Made by a program: the position numbers and the translations under genes. Below the pieces are notes generated by a model that saw only the letters and a list, made by a program, of their open reading frames with translations, was not told where the DNA came from and ran no database searches. DNA of 63,811 nt, the filler included, from Reticulomyxa filosa (lineage: Eukaryota > Protista > Foraminifera), in NCBI GenBank assembly GCA_000512085.1. It is 14 parts of 14 records of this genome, joined end to end, with 100 filler letters (N's around TTAATTAATTAA, not from the genome) between each part and the next. Parts side by side here need not be neighbours in the genome. Positions count along the whole stretch, not along the records: positions 1 to 5,629 come from ASPP01013095.1; positions 5,730 to 27,638 come from ASPP01004852.1; 12 more parts are not named here. The stretch is one strand, 5' to 3'. Positions 1 to 11,334 of this stretch are shown piece by piece. Position 1 is the stretch's first letter. Each line of letters begins with the position of its first letter.

Positions 1-1577
1 TAGTTGTCGCGAGAGAGAGAGAGAGAGGATGAAATGAAATGGGAATGGACATACCACAAGACAAGTCGTTTTAATCCGTGGTTTTGAATCAATCCTTGTG
101 CCAAAACTTGCACTCCGTCGTTGAAGATTTCATTATACGACAACTCAAGCTCTTCCAAAGTGTGATTGTTTATTAACATTTTTGCCAACACTTGCGCTCC
201 GCGAGCACCCGTGCGATTGATATTCATTCGTAGTGTTTTCAGAGAATGGTTCATGGTAAGGCCTTCCAATTGTTGTTTGCAATAGATGTTAGTGTAGCAA
301 CCCTTTCATTGTTTCTTTTTTTTAAAAAAGGAGAGAGAGAAAGGCCGAGGGAAATCAAACCAAATCAAAGCAAAACAAAACAAGCAAAGAAAAAACCTTT
401 GGCAATATCCATGGTACGTTGTGCTCCTAATCTGTTCCTCGAAATATCTAACTTTTGCAATGAGTTATTTCGCAATAGAAATGTTTGAATCTCACGTGCC
501 CCCAAATCTCCGAACCGATTCGCCGCAATATTTAAATGTGTCAATGTGTTATTACGCTCAATTCCTCGACGCAAATATTTGCATCCTAAAAAAAAAAATG
601 CATATATGTATATGTATACATTATATATTTATATATATATATATGTATATATGTATATAATAAAAACCATTGTCAGAAATTTCACAATTTTCCAAGGACA
701 ATCGACGAATGGTGTTGCTGATGCAAATGGCCTTTCCCAGATAACCGCATCCGGCGTCGCTGGTGCAATTATAGGACAGATTGAGGGCCTTCAGGCAGCC
801 AATGCGTTCGCGGCCTTCAAAGCCGGCCAACACGCTCCTCACGTCCGTGACTTGAAACGAGTCCAGGTCGATCCCCGGCGCCAGCAGTCCTGCAATAGCA
901 CGAGTGCCACTCACACCAATTTCATTCCCCATCAAGTCCAATATTTCCAACGAATGCATACAAGAATTTATCAATCCATCTGCTAGCACTTTGGCTCCAG
1001 GAGATTGGATCGCACACCATCGCAACTTCAAAATCCTTTTTTTTTTTTTTAAAAAAAAAAAAAGGGTCACGAAAAAAGTTCATTTGGTTATATAAAATTA
1101 AGCAAATCAATAAATATACATGTGTGTGTTTATTTATTTAATCACCCCCTTTTTTTTTTTTTTTAACTTAATGCCCTTGATCGGTTCTGTGGTGAGTATT
1201 TGTCTCCACAGTTTCATGCACTCGCTTCGACATACTGAAGGCGGTAACATCGACTTGTCCAGCTTGCCATTTTTGGAAACTTGTGCAAACACTTCACGGA
1301 GTATTTGGAGTTTTGCTTTTTCATTTTGCTCTTGTCTTCCCTTGTTTTTCTCATTGTTGCCGTTCGTCGTTACTCCTCCTGTCGTGTTGCTGTTGTTGTT
1401 ATGCGTCGTTGAGCCGTCCTCACTATCTTTGCTGCCTTTTCTCGTCTTCTCTTTTGTTCCTTTGTTTTGTGTCTCATTTTCATTCTCGTTCTCATTTTTG
1501 TTGTTGTCGCCCTCAGCTTCGTCTGCTGCTGCTTGCACTGGGTCGAGCTCTCTGTCTCTATTGCCCTGCGCTGACAT
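1..1577 (-). CDS. Ribonuclease-inhibitor-type leucine-rich-repeat protein (NLRC3/RanGAP-like LRRs), multi-exon, 3' end runs off the window
   Basis: Repeated LxxLxLxxNxIGxxGA units (LEILDLMGNEIGVSGTRAIA, LTHLNIAANRFGDLGAREI, LQKLDISRNRLGAQ). GT-AG intron 586-667 joins ISDNG/CKYLRRG in frame. Confidence 0.8.
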
Positions 1578-2259
1578 CTCTGGTTTTTGTTTGTTTGTTT
1601 TGTTTTTGCCCTGTTCCGGTTTTTTGTTTAGGTCTTGTCTTGACTTCTATTCAAGAAAAAGATCATATATTTTTTAAAAACCTATTCGACGGACTCAAGA
1701 TTTTTTTCCACTCCAATACAAGTCTTCAACAAACGCCAAAATATATAATGCCAAATCTTTTTCCCCCGTACAGATATTTTTTTTCTGGATTGCTCCCTTT
1801 TTTTTACAGGTAAAAGAAGTTGACAAACGCAAAATTTGGAATTTTTATATATTCCGTTGAAGTTCTTTTATTCTCACGGGAGCCACAAACATGAATAAGA
1901 GTAAAGTTTTAGTTATCAAATAATGTCCCCGTGAATGGGAAAAAGCAGTAAACAGAAGAAAAGTGTAGAGCAACTGCAATAGGAAACCAGGGCACGTTTT
2001 TGGTAGTAGGGACTGTAATAAATCAAATTGCTTAACATTTTGTAATTAATAATCATATAAAAATTTCGATTATAAGGCATGTATTCCGTGTTGTGGAAGC
2101 AGTGCTTGAGAACAGTCAAAACGCATGCTTTTTTGTAAGTTTTGGAGTGGCACAACAATCCCGACATATTTTATACATTCCCAAAAACCTGAAAAGGAAT
2201 GCACGTAAAATTTTCTTTTTTTTTTTGCGAAACCCTTTGGAAGAAAACATAAGAAATAA

Positions 2260-2642
2260 ATGTCCACAGAAGATTTAACTCCGCTTACAGCTTTGAGTAA
2301 AAAGCGAGAACAATCCGTGGAGAAAAAGACCACAATTGAGTATAACTGGAAAGCAATGAAACAAAAAAAAGGGTTGCGTGACAGAGTGTACCCCATTTGG
2401 AGCAGAAAAAGGGACAAAGTTTTGATAAAAGGATTTTTTTTTACGATCCCTTTTTTTTATGTGAAGACAAATTGATTTGGCAGGTGTATAGCGAGAAAGA
2501 GTTAAATCAATTCGGAAATTGGCTGATGAATCGGCTACACGCGGCGTTTGGATGCAAGCCAACACCATCTCTTCGTGAAGAAAGACAGGCTAGTGTGACC
2601 ACTACATTGGCTTTACGACCTCCTAACGATCACACCTCCTAG
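2260..2642 (+). CDS. Small hypothetical protein, two exons
   Basis: Intron 2419-2483 (GTTTTG...GGCAG) joins ORF 2260 (..RKRDK) to VYSEKELNQFG.. in frame. Confidence 0.55.
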
Positions 2643-3686
2643 GTCCCAAATACTGCGTTTCAATTTCCAATCCAGATTTCCATTTGAATTTTTGGGTAAT
2701 ATTTCTTGTAGGTCATGTGTGACTATGGATTTCTTGTTCTTCTTTGATGTGTTTTCCATCCAAGGCGATTATTTTATGTTTTTTATATGGATGTAATCGT
2801 TCAAAAAAAAAAAGAATGGTACTGTGAAAGGGAAATGTGGCAGGGACAAACCCTGAAGTAATTTTGGTTAACCAAGGGTGGCCACTTCCAAAAATTTGTT
2901 TGTTGTTGTTTATTATTTTTTTCCTTGTTTTTTAATCTATATTCATCTTTTTAGTAAGCCATCTTCTTTACTCACGGGAAAATGTACTTAACCAATTTTG
3001 GCCATCGGTTTAACTTCAAATATAGAGATAATGTGCTTATCAACACTGTCCGAAATTTCTTCATAAAAAATTAATAAAAAGGTCTATCCACCATAAATAC
3101 TATCACATATTCTACTGTTCCATATTTTCAATGATATCAATAAATGTCTATAGTTTAGTATTATAAGTCCCAAATAGCAGTGTGCAAAGATTGTGAAAAG
3201 AGAAAGGTACAAAACAAGGAAATAAAACTAATTGAACATGAATACGAAAATTAAAAAATAAACTTGATTATAATTTACAAGTAGTTGAATATCTGTATCT
3301 CTCTCAGGTCTAATTGGACAAAGTTGGAAAAGAAAAATTCAAATCAGCTAAAGTCAAATGGCTTGTAACTACAAAAGTGGCTCGAAAGTTAGTTTTTATT
3401 TCAAAAAATTGGGTTCTGTATGATAAAGGGAGTCCATGTTTGTCAAGCTTTGATTGGTGTGTAATGCTTACGATCTATATTGCGAAGAATGTCTAAATTC
3501 ACACCACCAGAAGTTGCCAGGTTTTGCACAAATAATAATATATTCATAAAAAGCCGACGCAAAATTTCTTTCTATTTCTGCTTGCTTTGGAACGAGAAAG
3601 GAGCAAACAATCAAACAAACAACAGGTATGGCCCAAGTGCAGTAACAGCAACAGCGGTCCATGTAACGAAGGCAATAGCCTGTAAA

Positions 3687-5146
3687 ATGATGAAGATTCC
3701 TCAAGCACGTTCATTGGCACTGCCAAGATTTCTTGCAACACCGAATCGAGCACACTTTCAATTGATGCATCCAGCCATTCGCGGTTACATGGATGCAGAG
3801 ACAATCAAAACAAATACGGAGCTACAGCGTGATTTGAACAAAGAGATTAATCGAGTGATCCGACAAAACTTACCTATTAACGTGTATTCCAACTTAACGA
3901 TAGAAGAAGCTTTACAACAGTTTGGGGGTGATATTATTGATAGATTTCACGACATCAATGAGCCGTTTAGTTTTTTTTTTTTTTTTTTTATGGCAATAAT
4001 AATAATAAATTATTTAAACTATTTTTTTTTTTAATTTGTAAAAAAAAAAGTGAGTTTACGCAATTTCTCAACGAACAGTATCTGAAAGTGTTTGGCAAAC
4101 CAATGTTCACAAATTTGTATGAAGCAAAGTACGGCCCCTTTTTAGAAAAGTGGCGTTACCGTCACATTGACGGGATCGAGTTGGACATGAAAGAAGCGAT
4201 TTCGTGCTTTTTAGACGAAGTGGGCGGAAATGAATTGGACCTGTTGCCACCCAAAGAGCTGCAATATCTGCGAAGCAAGAAAATATGGAATCAAAACAAC
4301 CCCGTCGATGCAATTAAATTTGCTCAAGGTGACAACCAAACGACCGAAGTGGGGGATCCCAATGCTCCTATCAGTGGTGAGCGCGAAGATATTGACAGTG
4401 AAGGGACTGGCTTTTCTACAAACTCGAATCGCTGGGATCACGTCCGTGCAAAGCATCCCAAAAAATCGACGCGATTGGAAGAAGCTGATGTTCGCAATCT
4501 GCTCAAGCGACAATGGACGTCGAGATATGGGGCCTTTCATAAAATCACAAACACGGACTGGGATAAGGCAGCCACGAACTTGCGTGTCAATGTCATTGAA
4601 ATTCCGGGATTATTCGATGGCACAGAGGCACCCACTATTTCCAAAAAAAAAAAAAAATCAAATGAAAAAAAAAATCCTGCTCAACGAACACAAACTCCAA
4701 CGACTGAAAATAAACCGGATGAAATCTCTTCCTCTTCTTCTGACTCTTCTACTCAATCGCCTCAAAGTAACGATAGTAAAAAAACTTCATCCTTTGTTGC
4801 AATATGCCTAAGTGCCTCACGCACTGGTATGTATTCGAATAGTGAAAATATCATCCATCCTTCTCTGTACTTGAAGTCCACTGGCGAATTGGGCAGAATT
4901 GTTGTCACACAAACACGGTATATTGGACATCACTGCTGTCCTAAACAACATTTGTATTTGGATGTCTTCCCTGGCTATGACGCCAAAGCGTTAGGGGTCA
5001 ATCCTTATGTCATGTTGAGAGAAAATTTCAATCTCACACACCTGGCTAGTGTCATACCTTATGATCACTCTCTAAAAATTCCACAAGTGACAGAGGCACA
5101 GCCTATCGATGCAACACTCAAGAAGACTGTTGCAAATAAGAAATAA
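3687..5146 (+). CDS. Hypothetical protein, possibly mitochondrial; start uncertain (could extend to about 3489)
   Basis: Intron 3965-4050 joins DINEP/EFTQFLNEQYLKVFGK in frame with ORF 4088-5146. N-terminal segment is Arg/Ala/Leu-rich and acid-poor. Confidence 0.65.
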
Positions 5147-5629
5147 TTGCAATTTGTTCAAATACTACGCAATGAAAAAAAAAAATGCAATTATTCCATG
5201 TTTTAGTCAAACGAAATTTTGGTTTGACATATTTTTCCTCACATTTTTCGAATTGAAATTCTGCTTTTGATTTAATAAAACGTCTATTTCGATGACAATA
5301 GCTTCTCGAAATTTCTAACTTGACACACTCTATAGGCAAATGCAGTAGAATAAAAAAGAAAGTTGACACATAAAACGGCACTTTATAAAATGATTGGTTT
5401 TCTCAATGAAAAAACAACATTTGAATCTTTCATTTAATTTTTTGAAATTTTCGAAAAAAGTTAATAATCATGCTCACGTATTCATTGATTTGCCAATTCT
5501 TTTTTAAGCATTTTTGTAAAATACATTTGATAAATTTTTTTTTGCGTTTTTTTGTTTTTTTTAAAAATTTTTTGGAAGTTTTATCTGACAAAATCTAAAG
5601 AGCTTTAATTACTGCTTAGAAAATAAAGA

Positions 5630-5729
5630 NNNNNNNNNNNNNNNNNNNNNNNNNNNNNNNNNNNNNNNNNNNNTTAATTAATTAANNNNNNNNNNNNNNN
5701 NNNNNNNNNNNNNNNNNNNNNNNNNNNNN
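5630..5729. other. Artificial contig linker (N44-TTAATTAATTAA-N44). Also at 27639, 29066, 31806, 33379, 37123, 39123, 41817, 43794, 47379, 59776, 60929, 62712
   Basis: Identical 100-nt spacer with stops in all six frames, occurring 13 times. Confidence 0.98.
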
Positions 5730-5820
5730 TTTCTGGTCGTTGTAAGATTTTGTGATGTTCTTTCTTTTGTTTTCGAGAGAGTAGTCCGATACTTGACACG
5801 CCAACCCATCTAAAAAATAA

Positions 5821-5920
5821 AGGAGACTAAAAGAAAGCCCCGAAGGCCTGAACACCAAAGAAAAAGACAACAGAATGCCTGGAAACTAAAGAAAAGGCCA
5901 CCGAAGGCCAGGAAATCAAC
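5821..5920. repeat. Degenerate tandem repeat, about 30-nt unit, 3 copies plus a partial
   Basis: GGAGACTAAAAGAAAGCCCCGAAGGCCT / GAACACCAAAGAAAAAGACAACAGAATGCCT / GGAAACTAAAGAAAAGGCCACCGAAGGCCA / GGAAATCAAC. Confidence 0.55.
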
Positions 5921-6180
5921 ACTTGAAATGCTTCAACAATTTTTATAGTTAAAATTGAAATCTTTTTGAAATGATATAAAATGATGTATTTTCTAAACTA
6001 AAATTATTGCTTAAATGTTGAAGCTTGAATGTTATTTGCTAGTTACTTTTTGTAACGTATTGTGTTATTTAGTACTGTATTCATGTTTGAGGTGCTTGTT
6101 TTGACAATATTTTCCTTTTATCAATTCAACAAATTACATTCTTCCATGCTAAAAAAAAAAAGAACAAAGAGACAAATTCA

Positions 6181-6750
6181 GTGGCAAGATCAGATACTGA
6201 CAAAGCGTGTCTATTGGCAAAGACATTTGCGGAACCCCCTCAACCTCCAAAAGATGTGGATGAAAAGCATTATGAAATTGTTGAAAATGACATTAAACAA
6301 TATCTAAACCATTGGAATTGGCTGATTACTTCATTGGTTTGAGCGATATTCAATATAGTGATATTACAAAAGCAGAAGTCATTGAACTATTAGACATTTG
6401 TCGCCGTACAAAGCGCAAGGTCCAGATAATATCCACAATCAAATGTTAAAAATGGTGATCTTGTATTGTTTGACTTATTCCAAGCATGTTAATTATATCT
6501 ATGGCAAAGCAGCAAGGAAACTTGGATTTGACATACAAAGGTATCAGACCAAGTTTATCAATATATAATCTATTATGCAAGACCATCATTCGTCCGAGTA
6601 TCGAGTGCATTTTGGAATGGTGCAGCAGACACTCATAAGAGGCGATTGCATTGGGATATGTGAGTAATCATTACAGATCACATCACATTGTGGAAGAGTG
6701 ATTATCCTCACTGATTGCAAGTTCGTAGTCAATTCGATATTCAATAAATG
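6181..6750 (+). mobile_element. Degenerate non-LTR retrotransposon ORF2 remnant (pre-RT region joined by deletion to RNase H)
   Basis: VARSDTDKACLLAKTF (6181). IRHLSPYKAQGPDNIHNQMLK (6389-6451) matches the KAPGPDGI motif preceding LINE RT. GRVIILTDCKFVVNSI (about 6690-6740) matches the RNase H xIxTDS motif. Frameshifts and stops present. Confidence 0.8.
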
Positions 6751-7329
6751 AGGTTCTGACATCAAAAAAAAAATTAATTTAAACATCCTTCATCATCGAG
6801 ATAAACTTTTGAAAAAAAAGTTGTATTTTGAAGCACAGAATAACTAGATACTGCAACATCTAGCAGTATCTGAAAGAAATTCGAATTAATCTTCGATTAT
6901 TAACAACGATTTTCGTCGTCAACAAGATTGCGTGGTGAAAACAGAATAAAGACAAAGTAGTTGAAAACTTTCAGATATCAGATATATACAAGATAACAAA
7001 CGAAACACCCAAAATGGACAGTCGAAACAAAATAATATTAACAAGAACAAAATTTAGCAACTTTTCTATTAAATAAGCCGAAATGTCAATAGCAACAATA
7101 TTCACATGCTTTTCTTATAATAAGTGTTTAAATTTTATTTTTTGTTTTAGTTTGCTTTAATTTGTTAACAGATTTGAATTGAATCTCAATATTTCACTGA
7201 GACTTCAACACTTCGAAAACAAGGCTCATACAATTGGATCAATAGATTTCATCCAATTATCAATATTCTTTTTCAATCTTAATCTAAATTGTTCCCGTTT
7301 ATTGCTTCTCAGATTCCAAATCTCAATCT

Positions 7330-8250
7330 TTTGTCGTCAATTCGTAGTGATTCCACCCAACACGATTCATAACCAAATACATTAAATGTATCATCATGTT
7401 ATTGAATGATCGTGATGATGAATGCAAATCTCTTCGACATAACACTCCAGATCTTCCTGTGATGAACATAAAGATACTGGAAATTATAATCAATGTCCTT
7501 CTTCTTTTGATCTTTTGATGCAAATTTTGTTCTAATATTTGTGTCTTGGAATAAATCCGTTGATGTTGTTCTGGAACGCCAATAGACTGCTGATCTCCAA
7601 TCCACATCTAAACCAACATTGGGTTAATTGATTGCAATTGCAGGAATGCTGATTTAACCTCTGCTAATTCACGTCTTAGCAATGATATTTCATCATCATC
7701 AGATTTCTTGTTCTGCAGCCTTTGATCTTTGTTATTCTTTCTATTGGCCCTCTTCTTCGGTTTCTGATGTCTCATTTCCATTTGACACTTGTTGTCCTTT
7801 GACACTCTGCACATTTGATTTAATTGGAATGTGTTGATATGCCTTCTTCTTCAGGAATGCATTGTCAATTTAATATCAAGTTTTCTCTTGATTTTCGAAT
7901 CACATTACATTGCAATAAATCGCTTGGGTGCTGCTTTCGACATAATACACATTTGTGTTTGCTTGGGTCATTCTTGTATCGTCATTCTGCCGCTTCGTGA
8001 TTTGCCAATCCGCAATACTTACATACTTTGCGCTTTTTTATACATTCACGAACAATATGGTTCAACCTGTAGCATTTCCTGCATTTTTTGAAATGAGATT
8101 TTTGTCTTGATTTGACTTTGTTGAATAATTTCACTTTCACCATTGAATATTCAATCTGAATATCATTGTCTTTCAATATCTTGACAACATCTTCAGTCTT
8201 GTGTATTTTATCCTAGCATGGCTTGCAGTATAGCCTATTGGTGTAAATCA
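7330..8250 (-). mobile_element. Degenerate non-LTR retrotransposon ORF1 (gag-like zinc knuckles) plus start of ORF2 AP endonuclease
   Basis: CRKCYRLNHIVREC is a CX2CX4HX4C knuckle; CKYCGLANHEAAE* is a second with the final Cys replaced by a stop. Downstream frame reads LLAFQNNINGF (about 7555-7587), like the APE N-terminal QxNxNG motif. Many stops. Confidence 0.7.
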
Positions 8251-9750
8251 CCTTGTCTCGACCGTCCGTATCTCCTTCACAAGCCTTTTTATCAGTAAGT
8301 GTTTGTCGGTTTTGCCCGATGTTCAGTAGAAGTTACTCGACCCTCGGAGTTCTGCCAAAACAAAGACTGTTATTTGCCTCGATATTGCTAATTTCCCTAA
8401 GCGTCGAACACCCTTAATGCTAATCTAGGATCCTTCAAAAAACAACTTTTTCAGTCAAGTTAAAAATGACCATGATGTTGCTTTAATTTTTTTTTACATA
8501 CTGGAGATGAATATCAATTCAGTTCAACCGGATCTAGTTTCCTTCAGGAATGCTTCAGTCTGAAGATAAATTGAATATCAGCAATAATCAATTCCAGAGT
8601 TCATACGATCAATTCGATCGAAACGGTCAGAACATGTTCATTCCACACAAAGAATATCTGAAACAGACCAGACAAGTCTCAATTATTATGATCTGAATCG
8701 TGTTGTGTTCAAATTAGCTTCACGTCTTTTGTAGATTCTATTGAAATTTACAGAATAGTAAATCATATATCTAATGAAGATGAAGCTGTAACATCAATTG
8801 TGTGCTTCAATTTGTATGTACTAAAAAAGAATTAACGAGACAATATTTATTGTTATTTGAATTTCCATAATCTTGCTCGATTGGATTATAATATTGATTA
8901 AATTATTTTTTATTATTAACAATTTATTTAACAATTTGATTTAATCAATTAATCCAATTATACTTGTTATAAATATATTTTATATAAAATCGAATCCTGA
9001 CAATGTATTACTGAAGCTGTTGATATAATTATTTATATAAAAAAGTATCAAGTCATATTTGAATGGCAGTTTATGTCTATTACGAGAAATCAAAGGATAA
9101 ATTTCTCAAACAAAGAATAAAATCAATTTTTGTTATATAAAAGAGCTTCCAAGCAATTTCGAAAGAAATTATAATGTTGTAAAGTATTACTTCATTTTAT
9201 GAAAAGAATGCAAAATCTATTTACAGTTTAAAGCATAAATTTCAACATTATCAACAAAATAATTCAGTTGCATGGCCATATGCTGAAAAAGCAAATTACA
9301 AAAACATTTGCATAACTGCTACAATTCCCAAAAGATTTGTATAAAAATCAGAATTAAATTTGAAACCGCAATATCAAAATCACTTCAATTGGAATGTTTT
9401 GGTCTATTGATATTCGTCCAGATAACAACGCAACAAATTTTATAATACTCTTTTCACTGGCCTCTTCCACACCCACTTCCCACAATCTTATATAAAATTG
9501 CAATAATTTAAACAAAAATAACTAGTTGTAAATAAATAGTATTTTTTAGTCCAATTTTGTTGTTGAGTCCAGTTTCTTGAGCGGAACAATCAAATTGAGC
9601 GCTAATAATGGAAAATTAACAACAAAGTTTTTCAACGACCGTTCAGTTGTTCAAAAAAGTAAAAAAACTGTTCCCGTAAAAAAAAAGGAATTAAACAATA
9701 AATTTAATCTCAAGTCGATTCCGTTATAAACACTTCAACAACCAATCAAA

Positions 9751-10926
9751 ATGTCAGACGAAGAAAAAAGACGCCAATTGCTGATGGATTTGCGCACAGA
9801 AGGAATGAGAGAAAGAACAGTGCAGTCAAGCAAAAAACAGTTGATGGTACAATTACTGGAGTTGGAAAGGGAAGAGAAAAGGACAGAAGATTCATTGAAG
9901 GCTCTGCAAACAGCAGGACAAGTGATAGGCGAAGTGTTGAAGCAATTGACAGAAGATAAGTTTATCGTGAAAGTGTCATCAGGACCTCGTCACGTGGTAG
10001 GATGCCGAAAACAAGTGAATAAAGCGAAACTGAAATCAGGAGACCGAGTGTCATTGGATTACACAACATTGACGATAATGCGCAAATTGCCTCGAGAAGT
10101 GGATCCAATGGTATTTAAAATGTTGGACGAAGACCCAGGCGAAGTAACGTATAAGAGCATCGGAGGACTGAACGATCAAATCCGAGAGCTGCGTGAATCG
10201 ATAGAACTGCCATTGACGAACCCAGAACTATTTCAAAGGGTAGGTATTAAACCACCAAAAGGTGTGTTGTTGTATGGTCCTCCAGGAACAGGCAAGACAT
10301 TACTCGCTCGAGCAATGGCGAACACAATGGATTGCAAATTCTTGAAAGTGGTTTCATCAGGAATTGTCGACAAATATATTGGCGAGAGTGCACGTATCAT
10401 TCGAGAAATGTTTGGGTATGCCCGCGAAAATGAGCCCTGTATCATTTTCATGGATGAAATCGATGCCATTGGTGGAAAGCGTTTTTCCCAAGGCACGTCC
10501 GCCGATCGTGAAATCCAGCGTACGTTGATGGAATTACTGAATCAATTGGATGGCTTTGAGGAGTTGGGAAAAGTTAAAATAATCATGGCCACCAACAGAC
10601 CTGATGTTTTAGATCCTGCTTTACTGCGACCTGGACGATTGGATCGCAAAATTGAAATCCCTTTGCCCAATGAGTCTTCACGATTGGATATTTTGAAAAT
10701 CCATGCGTCTCAACTCACAAAAAAAAACGATATCGATTACGAAGCCATTGTCAAACTGTCCGATGGTTTCAACGGTGCTGATATGAGAAATATTTGTACT
10801 GAAGCGGGAATGTTTGCTATTCGTGAAGATCGTCCCTATGTCATACAAGAAGACTTTATGAAGGCTGTCAGAAAAGTCAAAGAAGCAAAGAAATTGGAAT
10901 CGAAACTAGAATACACCAAAGTGTGA
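9751..10926 (+). CDS. PSMC6: 26S proteasome regulatory AAA-ATPase subunit Rpt4 (10B), intronless
   Basis: [19 protein letters not shown], Walker A GPPGTGKT, Walker [52 protein letters not shown]-terminus KKLESKLEY. Confidence 0.96.
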   Translation: MSDEEKRRQLLMDLRTEGMRERTVQSSKKQLMVQLLELEREEKRTEDSLKALQTAGQVIGEVLKQLTEDKFIVKVSSGPRHVVGCRKQVNKAKLKSGDRVSLDYTTLTIMRKLPREVDPMVFKMLDEDPGEVTYKSIGGLNDQIRELRESIELPLTNPELFQRVGIKPPKGVLLYGPPGTGKTLLARAMANTMDCKFLKVVSSGIVDKYIGESARIIREMFGYARENEPCIIFMDEIDAIGGKRFSQGTSADREIQRTLMELLNQLDGFEELGKVKIIMATNRPDVLDPALLRPGRLDRKIEIPLPNESSRLDILKIHASQLTKKNDIDYEAIVKLSDGFNGADMRNICTEAGMFAIREDRPYVIQEDFMKAVRKVKEAKKLESKLEYTKV

Positions 10927-11334
10927 TTTTTTGCTTTTCCTTTTTTACTGAAAGAAAACATCAAACTTTTGCTTCGTGCCTGTCGATCATTGCATGAGAA
11001 AATTTTCTTATTTTGATGTTCAATGAAACAATACAATACACAAAAAAAAGTGGTTGAAAGTGCTAAATCCAACTACTTGAATTTCTTTTTTTTATTCCGA
11101 AAAGGATCATACCTGTTTTTTCTTCATTACCGACAAAAAAACAACTAATTAAAAAACGAAAAGGGGCAACGGAAAATTTTTTAAATTTTATTCTACAAAT
11201 TTTTTACATAAAGACACTGACTATTTTGTTACATGGTAAATGGTATGAAATCATTTTAAAATATCAAAAGTCAAATATTGTTCAGGGAATATCAGACAAT
11301 GATGCTTTAAATTTTTTTAGGCGTTCGAACAAAA

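Noticed and set aside
2845-2885. Hammerhead ribozyme (CTGAAG next to stems)
   Set aside because: Core reads CUGAAGU, not CUGANGA, and the GAAA element is missing.
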